Translations under genes and position numbers: made by a program | Part shown: positions 10,897 through 22,718 of the stretch, piece after piece | How the letters are laid out: every line of letters begins with the position of its first letter | Numbering within the stretch: position 1 is the stretch's first letter | DNA from: Thraustochytrium aureum | Taxonomy: Eukaryota | Assembly: GCA_012862495.1 (NCBI GenBank) | Contig: BLSG01000375.1 | Coordinates: forward strand, 124,001 to 188,000 | Direction of reading: 5' to 3' | Length of the DNA: 64,000 bases | Notes under the pieces: model-generated | Told to the model about the DNA's origin: nothing | Database searches by the model: none | What the model saw: only the letters and a program-made list of their open reading frames with translations

Positions 10897-11821
10897 NNNN
10901 NNNNNNNNNNNNNNNNNNNNNNNNNNNNNNNNNNNNNNNNNNNNNNNNNNNNNNNNNNNNNNNNNNNNNNNNNNNNNNNNNNNNNNNNNNNNNNNNNNNN
11001 NNNNNNNNNNNNNNNNNNNNNNNNNNNNNNNNNNNNNNNNNNNNNNNNNNNNNNNNNNNNNNNNNNNNNNNNNNNNNNNNNNNNNNNNNNNNNNNNNNNN
11101 NNNNNNNNNNNNNNNNNNNNNNNNNNNNNNNNNNNNNNNNNNNNNNNNNNNNNNNNNNNNNNNNNNNNNNNNNNNNNNNNNNNNNNNNNNNNNNNNNNNN
11201 NNNNNNNNNNNNNNNNNNNNNNNNNNNNNNNNNNNNNNNNNNNNNNNNNNNNNNNNNNNNNNNNNNNNNNNNNNNNNNNNNNNNNNNNNNNNNNNNNNNN
11301 NNNNNNNNNNNNNNNNNNNNNNNNNNNNNNNNNNNNNNNNNNNNNNNNNNNNNNNNNNNNNNNNNNNNNNNNNNNNNNNNNNNNNNNNNNNNNNNNNNNN
11401 NNNNNNNNNNNNNNNNNNNNNNNNNNNNNNNNNNNNNNNNNNNNNNNNNNNNNNNNNNNNNNNNNNNNNNNNNNNNNNNNNNNNNNNNNNNNNNNNNNNN
11501 NNNNNNNNNNNNNNNNNNNNNNNNNNNNNNNNNNNNNNNNNNNNNNNNNNNNNNNNNNNNNNNNNNNNNNNNNNNNNNNNNNNNNNNNNNNNNNNNNNNN
11601 NNNNNNNNNNNNNNNNNNNNNNNNNNNNNNNNNNNNNNNNNNNNNNNNNNNNNNNNNNNNNNNNNNNNNNNNNNNNNNNNNNNNNNNNNNNNNNNNNNNN
11701 NNNNNNNNNNNNNNNNNNNNNNNNNNNNNNNNNNNNNNNNNNNNNNNNNNNNNNNNNNNNNNNNNNNNNNNNNNNNNNNNNNNNNNNNNNNNNNNNNNNN
11801 NNNNNNNNNNNNNNNNNNNNN

Positions 11822-12601
11822 GCCCAGATAACGGCGCAGCTCCGCGAGCTGGGCATTGAAGACACGGTGGACCCGGAGGCCGTCGAGCAGGCGGCCATCG
11901 CGCGCGCCGACACCGGCACCTGTGGACGAGCCGCGCCGCGAAGCCCCTCAGGCCTGCCCGGGCGAGGGCGGGGCGGAGGATGAGGCGACTACTGCGAGGG
12001 CTACGAGGACGCGGACGAGGTGGTCGACGGTGGCGCTGGCGAGAACGAGGACGAGGACGGCGGCGGGCCGGTCGCCCTCTTTGACATCGCGCAGGTAAAG
12101 CGCGACATGGCGGAGATCCGCGCCACGTTCCAGTTCACAACCTTGATGAAGCTGTACAACGCGATGAGCCAGTGGAAGGAGCCCATCGTCCGCGCCTCGA
12201 CCGAGGAGGAGGCAGAGCTGGCGGACGCGGCCAGCGCGAGCCGGTTTCAGGTCCTGTTGAGCAGCATAAACCGTGCGACGGCCAAAGTGGTCGGTGCCGT
12301 CGAGCATCCAGTCTTGACGCGGCGGCGCGCGGAAGAGATGCTCACGGCCATGTGCCGCAAGTTCAACTTTAGCCGCCCCGTGCCGTCGTTGTCAGGCGCC
12401 GAGTGGGAGGCGGCCGCCGCGTGCTTCCTGCTTGCCGGTTTCCGCCAGCAGCAACTGGGGCTTTCGCCCTTGTCTGGGGACCCCGAGCAGGTGCAGGGCC
12501 TCATGGACCGCCTGCGCGTCTTCGCGACGTCCTTGGAGCGCGCCCCGCTCGACCTGGCCGAGCTCGACTCGCTCGCCTCGCTCGCCACGCGCGCGCTCTG
12601 A
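11822..12601 (+). CDS. C-terminal fragment of a protein resembling RPAP2/Rtr1 (Pol II CTD phosphatase); 5' part in gap
   Basis: An acidic linker precedes LMKLYNAMSQW...AMCRKFNFSRPVPSLSGAEWEAAAACFL, which resembles the RPAP2 C-terminal L-x-x-T-F-x-L...EW motif as I recall it. The catalytic Zn finger is not visible. Probable frameshift ~11930. Confidence 0.45.
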
Positions 12602-12929
12602 CATGACCAAACCAACCCTCGCGACTCGCCCGAACTAAATCAAAGCAAACCGATCGCAAGGCCCATGCCGAGCGCGCCGCCGCCAGCGCCGAGCTCCGAG
12701 GGGCGGGCGGCCTCCTTCGTTCCATCCCTCCATCCCGCGCCAGAAACATGCCAGAAATGGGGCGGCATGGCACGGCAGGCAGACGCCCATCGGCGGGATC
12801 CTCGCGGCGGCGCTGCGGCAGGTCGAGAGGTTGGCGCGTGGCCGCTTGCCTGCTGCGTCCGCGTGAGCGCTTTGCGCCTGGGTGCTGGCTGCGCGGGTGC
12901 GGCCTTGGGCGGGGACGGCCGTGGCGACG

Positions 12930-15170
12930 ATGATGCAGGTCGGCGGGATGCCGCTCTCGGCGCTGGTCCTGGCCAGCATGTCGGCGCTCGCGTGGGCCAA
13001 GTCGCGCGCGGGCGCGGCGAGCCGAGGCGGGCCGGGCACGTACAAGCACGGCTGGGCGGTGTGGGCGGTGGAAGGCGCCGTGTATTTGTTCTTGGTGGGC
13101 GGGTTTTACTGGCGGACGGTTGAGGTGGTCCGCGAGGTCTCGGACAGGTACAAGACGCAGCTGGTGGACGTGGAGCGAGCCGCGCCGAGGCTGAGCGGGC
13201 TTCATGAGACATGGCTGACGCCGCGGCTGGGCNNNNNNNNNNNNNNNNNNNNNNNNNNNNNNNNNNNNNNNNNNNNNNNNNNNNNNNNNNNNNNNNNNNN
13301 NNNNNNNNNNNNNNNNNNNNNNNNNNNNNNNNNNNNNNNNNNNNNNNNNNNNNNNNNNNNNNNNNNNNNNNNNNNNNNNNNNNNNNNNNNNNNNNNNNNN
13401 NNNNNNNNNNNNNNNNNNNNNNNNNNNNNNNNNNNNNNNNNNNNNNNNNNNNNNNNNNNNNNNNNNNNNNNNNNNNNNNNNNNNNNNNNNNNNNNNNNNN
13501 NNNNNNNNNNNNNNNNNNNNNNNNNNNNNNNNNGCCTGCCCATGCTTGGCGCCGTGATGACGCTCTACCTGACCGGCGCGGTAGTGCTGCGGAGGCTGAG
13601 CCAGGCGCTGCCGCAGCGCAGCCGCGTCAACGCACGGGCCTGCTACATCGCAGGGTTCGGCATCGCGGCGAGCGTGGTGTTTCACGAGGCCGACACGATC
13701 AAAATCGTGGGTTTGGCCGCCGCCAACTTTGTTCTGTGCCGCGTCGTCGTCAAGTGGGGCCGCGTGGCCCCTGCAGTGCTGTGGACGGCAAACTTGGTCG
13801 TGCTCTACTTGAACGAGACGTACCACGGATACCGGTTTGCAGACCTGTTTGGGCCCAGCGAGCTGGCCCTCGTGCTGGACAGGAAACACGGCGACCTGGC
13901 TTGGCACCACTCGTTCAACTTTGTCATGCTACGCATGATGAGCTACAACATGGATTTCTGGTGGCGCGAGGAGGCCCTGCGCGCGGCACGGAACAACGTC
14001 GAGCGGAAGGAAATGCCGAAGATTTGCGCGAGCGGGTTGTGGGAGAGCGGCGAGGAGGAGGCCGCAGACGAGAGCGCCGCGCTGGTCGGCAAAGGCAAGG
14101 CCCGCGCAGGAGCGGCGGCGCTTGGCCCCTCGGCGGGCGACTTTGACGAGAAGGCGCGGACGGCGCAGTACCATCCCGAGTTTGTGTACCGCGACCCGAT
14201 CATGTACTTGAGCTACCTGCCTTACCTGCCGCTTTACGTGGCTGGGCCGACGATCACGTTCAACAATTTTGTGTCGCATCTGGCGGCGCCGCAGCGCAGC
14301 TACTCGCTTGCGGGCAAGATTCGCTACGCGGCGCGGTTCCTGGGCGTGCTGCTGTTGTTCGAGGTGCTCACGCACTACATTTACGTCGGTGCGATTTCGT
14401 ACATGGCGTTCCGGCACCGCGTGCGCGAGGCGGGCCCGGCTCGCTGGACCCCGCTTCTGGTCTTTCTCACGCGAAAGAGCGCCGCCGGGGACGAGCTCGA
14501 CTATGAGCAGGTGTTCTACTACTCGTATTGGGCGCTCATGTACCTCTGGTTCAAGTTTCTCCTTATCTGGCGCCTGTTCAGGCTGTGGGCCGTCTGCGAC
14601 GACGTCGAGCCCGTGGAAAACATGGAGCGCTGTATGAACAACAACTACACTGTGGATGGGTTTTGGCGTGGGTGGCACCGATCGTTCAACCGCTGGCTGG
14701 TCCGGTACATTTACGTCCCGCTCGGCGGGAACGGAATCGGCCCGCTGCGCAAGGCGTTCAACATTTTGGTCGTGTTTACCTTTGTCGGGTTCTGGCACGA
14801 CCTCAAGCCCGAGCTGTTCGCCTGGGGCTGGCTGCTCTCGTTGTTCTTCCTGCCCGGGATCGTCGCGGAGCGCGTGTCGCGCATCGGCGCCGTCGAGTCG
14901 TTCATGGCGGCCAACCCTGTGACGGCGTCATGGGTGGTCGCGTTTTGCGGCGGGTGCAACATCCTCATGCTCAAGGTTGCCAACATTGTCGGGTACACCA
15001 CGGGCCTGGAGGGCGCCGCTTTGCTTGTCCCGGCTCTGCGGACGCGTGACGGCGTGGTTTTTGTGCTAGAGTACCTCCTGTGCATGACAGTTGGTGTGCA
15101 AGTGATGTTTTATCTGCGCGATACGCGGGGCGAGGCGGCCTCGGCCTCGCGGGCCAGCAAGCGAAATTGA
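12930..15170 (+). CDS. GUP1: Membrane-bound O-acyltransferase (MBOAT), GUP1/HHAT-like; spans a gap
   Basis: FNFVMLRMMSYNMD, YLPLYVAGPTITFNNF, LWFKFLLIWRLFRLWA, ENMERCMNNNY, FWRGWHRSFNRWLVRYIYVPLGG, catalytic His in VFTFVGFWHD, AWGWL. Confidence 0.92.
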   Translation: MMQVGGMPLSALVLASMSALAWAKSRAGAASRGGPGTYKHGWAVWAVEGAVYLFLVGGFYWRTVEVVREVSDRYKTQLVDVERAAPRLSGLHETWLTPRLGXXXXXXXXXXXXXXXXXXXXXXXXXXXXXXXXXXXXXXXXXXXXXXXXXXXXXXXXXXXXXXXXXXXXXXXXXXXXXXXXXXXXXXXXXXXXXXXXXXXXXLPMLGAVMTLYLTGAVVLRRLSQALPQRSRVNARACYIAGFGIAASVVFHEADTIKIVGLAAANFVLCRVVVKWGRVAPAVLWTANLVVLYLNETYHGYRFADLFGPSELALVLDRKHGDLAWHHSFNFVMLRMMSYNMDFWWREEALRAARNNVERKEMPKICASGLWESGEEEAADESAALVGKGKARAGAAALGPSAGDFDEKARTAQYHPEFVYRDPIMYLSYLPYLPLYVAGPTITFNNFVSHLAAPQRSYSLAGKIRYAARFLGVLLLFEVLTHYIYVGAISYMAFRHRVREAGPARWTPLLVFLTRKSAAGDELDYEQVFYYSYWALMYLWFKFLLIWRLFRLWAVCDDVEPVENMERCMNNNYTVDGFWRGWHRSFNRWLVRYIYVPLGGNGIGPLRKAFNILVVFTFVGFWHDLKPELFAWGWLLSLFFLPGIVAERVSRIGAVESFMAANPVTASWVVAFCGGCNILMLKVANIVGYTTGLEGAALLVPALRTRDGVVFVLEYLLCMTVGVQVMFYLRDTRGEAASASRASKRN

Positions 15171-15628
15171 CGGTGAAAGCGAACGGTGTGACGGAGGCTC
15201 GAGCCAAGGCAGGGCCTCCAAGAATTGAACGACGAGGCCCTGCTAGTAAGCTGCGGGGCGAGGGCATCACGCTGCGCTGCGCCCTTGGGGGCTGGGCGCC
15301 TGCGACGAATCAATGGTAGATAGACGTTCAATGATCGGGTGACGGTCTTACGACGCCGCCCCCCCCGCGGCAAACGGCTTGGTGATCGCTAGCAGGTCAA
15401 AACAGTTGGTCCGAGAGGACGCAAACAACACACGAAAACATAAAGTCCTATTATTTCTTTGTCTCTTCAACACCGTGCCGCCAGGCCAGACATCTGGGGT
15501 AGCGCTGCATGCCGCGAGAACGACACCGAGTCCGTCGGGGTTGGTCACACGAGCAAGCAGCAGCCAAGCGGCAGGCTGCGGTCGAGCAGGCAAAACAGCC
15601 GCGGCCTCCGCAAGCAAGTTCAGGCGGC

Positions 15629-15969
15629 TCAAAAGTCTTCGTCAAGCTCCTCGTCGTCGTCGTCCTCGACGAGGTTGAGGTCGAAGCGCCGACTCCGCAC
15701 GCGGGCCCGCATCACGTCGCGCGTGCTCGCTTGGGGGTTGACCTCGATCTCCTTGAGCTTTTCCTTGCGCGGGTCGGGCTTGACCTCTTTTGGGTCGAAA
15801 TTGAAATCGTGCGGTGCGGCAGCGACAAGCTGGCCGTTGCGCGACGACTTTTTATCGGTGGCAGTCTGGAGTCCGCGGTCTTTGCCGCCCGCCTGCTGCA
15901 CGCGGCGGGGGGCGGCGGCACCGCGCCGTTGCCCTTGCGGTTCAAAAAGGTCGCGCTCATCTTGCGGAC
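15629..15969 (-). CDS. C-terminal fragment of a hypothetical protein with an acidic tail; 5' part in gap
   Basis: Protein-like composition: ...HDFNFDPKEVKPDPRKEKLKEIEVNPQASTRDVMRARVRSRRFDLNLVEDDDDEELDEDF*. No family recognised. Confidence 0.4.
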
Positions 15970-17329
15970 NNNNNNNNNNNNNNNNNNNNNNNNNNNNNNN
16001 NNNNNNNNNNNNNNNNNNNNNNNNNNNNNNNNNNNNNNNNNNNNNNNNNNNNNNNNNNNNNNNNNNNNNNNNNNNNNNNNNNNNNNNNNNNNNNNNNNNN
16101 NNNNNNNNNNNNNNNNNNNNNNNNNNNNNNNNNNNNNNNNNNNNNNNNNNNNNNNNNNNNNNNNNNNNNNNNNNNNNNNNNNNNNNNNNNNNNNNNNNNN
16201 NNNNNNNNNNNNNNNNNNNNNNNNNNNNNNNNNNNNNNNNNNNNNNNNNNNNNNNNNNNNNNNNNNNNNNNNNNNNNNNNNNNNNNNNNNNNNNNNNNNN
16301 NNNNNNNNNNNNNNNNNNNNNNNNNNNNNNNNNNNNNNNNNNNNNNNNNNNNNNNNNNNNNNNNNNNNNNNNNNNNNNNNNNNNNNNNNNNNNNNNNNNN
16401 NNNNNNNNNNNNNNNNNNNNNNNNCTCCACGTCCTCCACGGCGCCAAACTTGCATTCGGAGTCTGGAGCTCCCCTGCTGGCAATTGTGCACATGGCCAAA
16501 AGGCCCAAAACCCAAACCCAAACCCGCACGCACATCGAGGCAATAGGCTGGAAAACCTGCTTATGGCGAAGGGAAAACTGTAGTTTATTGCCCTTGACAC
16601 GGACGGTGCGTGCTCAGACGCGAGAGCTCGGAGCGCACTCCCTGCCGGCCTGATCACCAACGACGACAGCGACGTGCTTGGCCGCCTGGCAGCTGGCCGG
16701 CCAGCGCCTTTCGAGCCAGGCCCGCCAGAGAGGCGCGCCTGGCCGATCATCAGTCGATCGAGGAGGTGAGCGGGGTTGAGTACTTACCTCCCCAACACCT
16801 CGCGCTTGTGGGCGTCCAAGTGGCAGGTTGGCGCGCTTCGTGGGTGGACGCTGCAGGCAGTGGATCGATTGAGAGGGTGAACGCCTACTCAATCACTTAC
16901 TCTGCCTCCTCCACATCTGGCCGTCTGATCACAGCAACCGCCAGCGGCGCCAGCAGCTGCTTGGGTCAATCAATCAGGATACCGCGTCGGGCCCGTGGAC
17001 ACTCAATTCATTGACCTCGCTCGCCTGCTGGTTGTGAATCAGTACACAAGGAAACGCTTGCCCTAACTGAATTCCGTTCTTCGCGTGTTTCAGGCCTCCC
17101 GGATGCGCGATGGGTTAGGGCGGTGGAGCGCCCCCCGAAGCAAACCGGCGCTCGGCGGGTTATCACACCATGCCAAGAGGTTTTTCTTGCAGTGACGGCA
17201 GTCCTGCGAGGTTGTGCCGTTTTCAAGCGAGTTATCGCCCTTCGCGCACCTCCGGGCCAAAAAGTGGCCCGTGCCAGCGAACAAAGCCGAGCTACCGTTG
17301 CTCGCCGTGAACGATCTGACGGATCTGCC

Positions 17330-17382
17330 GTGGTCGCACACGCACCGAGGAGGATCCTCCTTGCAGTGGTCGCACACGCACC
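17330..17382. repeat. 17-bp direct repeat pair flanking a 14-bp perfect palindrome
   Basis: gtggtcgcacacgcacc at 17330-17346 and 17366-17382; aggaggatcctcct at 17348-17361. Confidence 0.7.
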
Positions 17383-18381
17383 ACGACAGCCCTACCAACT
17401 ANNNNNNNNNNNNNNNNNNNNNNNNNNNNNNNNNNNNNNNNNNNNNNNNNNNNNNNNNNNNNNNNNNNNNNNNNNNNNNNNNNNNNNNNNNNNNNNNNNN
17501 NNNNNNNNNNNNNNNNNNNNNNNNNNNNNNNNNNNNNNNNNNNNNNNNNNNNNNNNNNNNNNNNNNNNNNNNNNNNNNNNNNNNNNNNNNNNNNNNNNNN
17601 NNNNNNNNNNNNNNNNNNNNNNNNNNNNNNNNNNNNNNNNNNNNNNNNNNNNNNNNNNNNNNNNNNNNNNNNNNNNNNNNNNNNNNNNNNNNNNNNNNNN
17701 NNNNNNNNNNNNNNNNNNNNNNNNNNNNNNNNNNNNNNNNNNNNNNNNNNNNNNNNNNNNNNNNNNNNNNNNNNNNNNNNNNNNNNNNNNNNNNNNNNNN
17801 NNNNNNNNNNNNNNNNNNNNNNNNNNNNNNNNNNNNNNNNNNNNNNNNNNNNNNNNNNNNNNNNNNNNNNNNNNNNNNNNNNNNNNNNNNNNNNNNNNNN
17901 NNNNNNNNNNNNNNNNNNNNNNNNNNNNNNNNNNNNNNNNNNNNNNNNNNNNNNNNNNNNNNNNNNNNNNNNNNNNNNNNNNNNNNNNNNNNNNNNNNNN
18001 NNNNNNNNNNNNNNNNNNNNNNNNNNNNNNNNNNNNNNNNNNNNNNNNNNNNNNNNNNNNNNNNNNNNNNNNNNGTAGTGCGTAGTGGGGCAGACCCCGA
18101 ACGAACTGCAACGCGCGGGCGGCAGGAGCGGCGGCGGCGGCGGCGCCGTTGGCGGAGGTCGTTGGCCGGCCGTGGCTTGGGCTGCCTGCGGGCGCGCCCG
18201 CCGAGGAGCTGCGCCGGGCTCGAGTCGCGTAGCTGCGCAATTCGGCTTGCCCGCCTCGCGCTGGCCGCGCAACTGCTCCGTCGCTCGTGCCGACAGGTGG
18301 CGCGCCTGTGCAACGACTTGAGCGTGCTGCGGCGGCGTGCGCAGCTAGACGCGCGCGATGCACCGAGCCGCGGCGGCGCAG

Positions 18382-20024
18382 ATGCTTGAGGAGGCGAGGA
18401 GGTGGCTCCTGGACGGCGAGGTAGACTGGAAGAAGCCCGTTTACTATGACAACCAAGTCGCGGACTGGTGGGGCGGGCTCCTGTGCACCGTGCTGTCCTC
18501 GGGGCTGTCGTACTATTGCACATCAAAGTACGCCGACTTTATGGACGTCATCAAGCTGCGGGAGAGGCAAGCAAGCCAGGACGAGCCGCGGAGCAGCGCC
18601 GGCCCACCAGCAGCACCAGCTACCGCCATCAGTGCCGAGCACCACGCCGAGCCGATGCACCCGCCTGCGGCTGGCGGTGCGCCGAGCGCTGCGGAAGGCC
18701 GAGACCACGGCAGCGGTATCGGCGTTGGAAGCTCCGGCTCGGACACGGACGGCAGTGACGCGCAAATGCGCACGCACTCGAGCGACATGCGCGGCCGCCA
18801 GCTCGTGCGCGTAATCACGCTCAAGTCAACGGCGCTCTGCTCGTTTGGTCTCGCCTTTATTCTTTTCGCAGTCCTCGACTTTGTGGCGCTGGCCATCCTC
18901 CCCCTGACGCTCGTGGTCCCGATCGCCATGCTCATGTTTGTGTGGGGCACCCTGTACCAGCTCCGCATGGCGGCGAGCAAGGCTCAGTTTCTGAGGTCCA
19001 GGCGGTTTCTGCGGTCTTTGGCCATCACGGCCCTCGTCGCGCTCGGGGTGGCCTTCGCCCCCAAGGGCCTCTACGTGATTTACGTCCCGCGCGTCGTGCA
19101 GTGGAACCCAAAGTCCGTCATCTACACGGCTGTGTTTCTGTTTGTGGCGATCGTCCTGCACGCGCTGCGGCGGAGCCCCAAGCTCACGTTCCGCCTGTTT
19201 CGCTGGAGTGGGCTCTGCGGAGCGCGACCTCACAACCATAATTCGCGCGTGCCTTGCGGGGATACTCGGGGGCCAGGCGCTCGTGCTGCTTAAGCTCGTG
19301 GCGGAGATCGTCGAGAACGCCGTCTTCAACAACGGGGTTGTGTTCTCCAGCAAGGCCACGTTCGTGGTGGTCGCTTTCTCACTTTTGTGCACCTCGCTGC
19401 ACATCTACTCGTTCCACCACATGCTCGCCGTGCTGGACGAGCAGAACGTGCGCCTTCTCGTTCCGGTGCACCGCTTCTCCCTCATAGTGTCCGCCAGCAT
19501 CGGCGCCGTCGTCTACCTCGAGGAGTGGGTCGACGACGAGTCGTCCTGGGCGGACGTCATTCTGTACGCGGCCAGTGTGCTGGGCCTTCTGGGCATATGC
19601 GCTGGCATCGCCCACGAAGCCGTGGCCGCCAACACGCGCGATCGGATTAGCTCCCAAGAAGAGCCGGGCGGCAGAAACGTCGGGCTCACCAGGGTGACCT
19701 TTGCGACGTCTGAAAGTGACGATTCGCCCACCCCGGGCCATCAGGCCCCGGCCCACGCGGTCTCGCCAGACGCCGAGAACCTCGCACTCACCGACATTGA
19801 GCTCGGGATGGTTGGCCAGCATGCCCCGGAGAAGCCCTTCGACTCCGTGTCGCCGGCCAAGCCTGGCCGCAGCGCAAAGGACGTTGCCTGGCAGCCAAGC
19901 CCGCGGCGCAAGTCGAGGCTCTGGGACCTAGGAGAGGGCGCGCTCTCGAGCGGCGGCGCCAGCGACGAGGACGACGAGTTCTTCACGAGCTCGTCCCGCT
20001 CGCTCTTTGCCTCTGGGCTGGTTC
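18382..20024 (+). CDS. NIPA/DUF803-like Mg2+ transporter (DMT superfamily); frameshift ~19200; no stop codon before the gap
   Basis: Multiple TM segments. FVALAILPLTLVVPIAMLMFVW resembles NIPA FAAYAFAPATLVTPL. Also GILGGQALVLLKLVAEIV and LHIYSFHHMLAVLD...LLVPVHRFSLIVSASIGAVVYLEEW. An alternative ATG lies at 18358. Confidence 0.75.
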
Positions 20025-20208
20025 NNNNNNNNNNNNNNNNNNNNNNNNNNNNNNNNNNNNNNNNNNNNNNNNNNNNNNNNNNNNNNNNNNNNNNNNNNNN
20101 NNNNNNNNNNNNNNNNNNNNNNNNNNNNNNNNNNNNNNNNNNNNNNNNNNNNNNNNNNNNNNNNNNNNNNNNNNNNNNNNNNNNNNNNNNNNNNNNNNNN
20201 NNNNNNNN

Positions 20209-22138
20209 CTGGTTCGGCGCAGCAGCGGCGGTCATCAGTCTCCATCACCAACGAGCGACGGCGGTCCATTCAGGGCCGCCGGGGTCGCGGTGGCGCACCG
20301 CGGCCAGTCTATGGCCCGTTCAACCTCGAGTACAATCCCGCGCGCGACACGATGATGACCAAAATGGGCCACCCCAACCCGCACTCGTCGAAACCGGGCG
20401 AGTCGCGCTGGGAGGACCCCGGCCACCTGCCCGGTCAGTGGAAGGTGCGCGGCCCGGACTATCTCAACGACCGTGTCAAGGTAGACGCCGGCCCCACCTG
20501 CATGCAGGTCGCCTCAATGCAGTGGAGCGACTGCCCTACCCCGCTCACCTGCGTGGGCCGAGCCCCGGGCGGGTTTGTCGAGCGCGAGCACGCGGGGCGC
20601 GCTGACCGACCCTTCATGTTCATCGTCAACTTTATGGTCCCGACACTCGGCAACTATGCCATGTTCTACGTCCCTCGCGCAGGCATCGACGACGAGGTCT
20701 TCTTTCGCATGCTCGGCGCCTTTTGCAACGCGCCCGACGACAGTTTTCGCAACGAGCGCTTCAAGCTGATACCTGGCGTCAAGGAGGGGTCCATGTTCGT
20801 GCGGCGTGCCGTTGGCTCCAAGCCCGCGCTGCTTTGCACCAAGCTCTCGGCCACGTACCACAAGAGCTGGGACAACGCCGCCGGCCCCGTTGACGTGCGC
20901 GCTGGCGGCGGCCACTGGTTCGAGGTCTCGATCGACGTCGGCAGCTCGCGTATTGCGCGCTCTATCATGGGCGCAGTCAAGGGATACGCGTCCGGCCTCG
21001 TCCTGCACATGGGCTACCTGATCGAATCCAAGACGCCGGCCGAGCTTCCAGAGCGCGTCCTCGGAGGCGTCGACCTGTACCGGCCTTGCATGGTTCCGCG
21101 CAAGGGGGCGCCGCGCCTCCTCGATCTCCCGTTGAACCCTGGTGCCGGGCAGGAGCCCCTAGTGTCGCTGGACAGCCCGCCAGACCCGGACACTGCGCAG
21201 GATCTCGTCGACTCTGGCGCGGTGTTTGCCTTCACCGACACGGGCTCTGACACGGACGGATACGACACAGAAGAATCGTTCCACAGCTTGATGGATGCAG
21301 ACTCCGACTCGGAGTCCGAGGGCTCCGCCACCGGCCAGGCGGTGCAGCGCGCAGCCGTGCTTGCGGCTTCGCGCGCTGGCGCTGTGCAATTGAACCTAGA
21401 GTATCCGTTCCTGAGGGAACGATGGTGGTCCCACGCGGAGCGCCCAACCCGCACGCCGGCCCTGGCCGGTCATGGTGGCACGACGCCGGGACCGAGCCAG
21501 GCGGTTGGAAGGTGCGCGGCCCCCAGTACGACCACGACCGCGTTAAGGTGGCGTGCGGCGTTGCACGGATGAAAATCGCGGCGATGGACTGGCACTACGC
21601 GCCAACTGCGCCGGTCCACAACATTTGTGGCGAGCCAGGCGGCTTTGTGGATAGGCACCACGAGGGGCGCGCCGACCGGCCGCGGCTTCTGGTGGTCAAC
21701 TTTTTGGTCCCCAGCGTGGGCAATTATGTCACTTACCTGGTCCGCAACGCTGAGGAGGACCCGGTCTTTGACGAGATGCTCGAGGCGTTCATCGCCGCCC
21801 CAGACGACGAGTACAGGAACGCGCGCTTGAAGCTCATCCCGGGCGTCTTGGAGGGGAGCTACTTTGTGCGCAAGGCGGTGGGGGCCAAGCCTGCGCTTCT
21901 CTGCCAAAAACTGACTACGACCTACTTTCGCGGTGAGAATTGGTTTGAGGTTTCAATTGACGTGGGCTCTTCCATGATCGGCGCGCGCATCTTTTCTGCG
22001 GTCAAGGGCTTTGCCAGCAGCCTCGTGCTGCACCTCGGCGTCGTGCTAGAGAGCAAGACGCGCCGTGAGCTCCCTGAGCGCCTCTTATTCGGCATTGACA
22101 TCCACACGCCGGTCATGGCGCCGGCATCTGACAAGTAG
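20209..22138 (+). CDS. Tandem EDR2 C-terminal (DUF1336) domain protein, 2 copies; frameshift ~21415; possibly continuous with the upstream NIPA CDS
   Basis: Both copies show WKVRGP.Y..DRVKV, (F/L)(I/V)VNF.VP, RN.R(F/L)KLIPGV.EGS.FVR.AVG.KPALLC.KL, WFEVSIDVGSS and ESKT..ELPER(V/L)L.G. Confidence 0.88.
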
Positions 22139-22718
22139 AGCACTCGACAAGGTGAACCCTGAGGTACTCTACTCTACCATAACTTTATCTATCTATAGCA
22201 AACTCGGTCCTCGGCCGGCCACTTTGTCTGGGGATCGGTCGGTAGCGCTTGAGCCTCTCTTTTCTTGACCAAGTGGCTCGGTCGGCCGCTGGCAGGATGG
22301 ATGGTCGAGAACCACGTCCTCGATCCACGACCTCGAGGTTCGTGAGGCCTCTTTGCTTCGACTTGAAGTCCGAGTTCCGCCTCGAGCAGCGTGATGGGGC
22401 ATCACTACTCTCTAGTTCTGGGTATGCTGAACAATGAGTAACGGTGTTGTTTTGGATTTGGTAGATGAGTGGTACGCAAGCAGCCCCATTCGCGCGCTCG
22501 GACGCACGTTGTACACACAAAGCGACGCCGCGGACCGTCTCTAAAGGCAAGACGGCGGAAAAGGCAGCTGAGACAATCTGACACAGACACAGAGTCAAAA
22601 GGCCGGCGGCAGCGGCGGCGGGAAAACAAAGACAAGCCCAGCGCACGCGCCAGCTCGACCGCCCGCCCAAGCGCGTTCGGAACAGCTCGAAATGCGCCGT
22701 CCGGACCTGGCGGCGTCT

